From positions 1,426,001-1,462,218 of the forward strand of contig JAPETS010000003.1 of the NCBI GenBank assembly GCA_026023565.1: a DNA stretch of 36,218 bases, given 5' to 3'. Origin of the DNA: Cirrosporium novae-zelandiae. Taxonomy: Eukaryota. This document shows, in pieces, positions 35,956 through 36,218 of the stretch (the stretch's first letter is position 1; the number at the start of each line of letters is the position of its first letter). Below the pieces are notes generated by a model, which had not been told where the DNA came from, made no database searches, and was given only the letters and a program-made list of their open reading frames with translations. Both the position numbers and the translations under genes were made by a program.

Positions 35956-35985
35956 CCAAACCAAACCAAACCAAACCAAACCAAA
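35956..35985 (+). repeat. (CCAAA)n microsatellite
   Basis: ccaaaccaaaccaaaccaaaccaaaccaaa. Confidence 0.9.
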
Positions 35986-36218
35986 ACTACATCCCCCCCC
36001 AAAAGTTTTTTCGAAAAGCCCCCCTGAGCCATAACAATAGTAGCAGCAACAGCATAGTTTATACTCAACTTCCAAAATTTTCAAAGGAGAGCAAGTAGGA
36101 GTGGGGGGGGACTTAAAAGTCGGAAATTGGGCCACCGAGGTCTTTATTCATCATCATCACCATCATCACAACCTCCTCCTCATAACATACCCCCCCCCCC
36201 CCTCCTCTTCATCCATCC

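Noticed and set aside
34850..36135. Pro-rich and low-complexity ORFs at the right end
   Set aside because: Arise from C-rich tracts and microsatellites; no coding evidence.

Overview
Eukaryotic DNA from a filamentous ascomycete (Pezizomycotina), judged from short GT-AG introns with CTRAC/CTAAY-type branch sites, fungal gene families and a dispersed 5S rRNA gene. Genes in order: a non-canonical homogentisate 1,2-dioxygenase (3' end off-window) head-to-head with a cytochrome P450; a secreted GH105/GH88-like glycosidase; a kelch-repeat type I membrane protein; an intronless NmrA/atypical SDR; a mitochondrial FAD D-lactate dehydrogenase-like gene; a succinate-semialdehyde dehydrogenase-like ALDH; a classical SDR; a Kha1-type K+/H+ antiporter; a second P450 lacking the I-helix acid residue; a multiply disrupted CorA-domain pseudogene capped by a ~306-bp MITE-like element; a secreted carboxy-cis,cis-muconate cyclase-like lactonase; and a 5S rRNA gene. 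The best candidate for an undescribed system is the divergent HGD-paralog/P450 pair, whose short shared promoter has tandem CreA-like, CGG-repeat and GATA motifs. Exon boundaries and family calls were read by eye from the sequence and recalled motifs, with no database searches.
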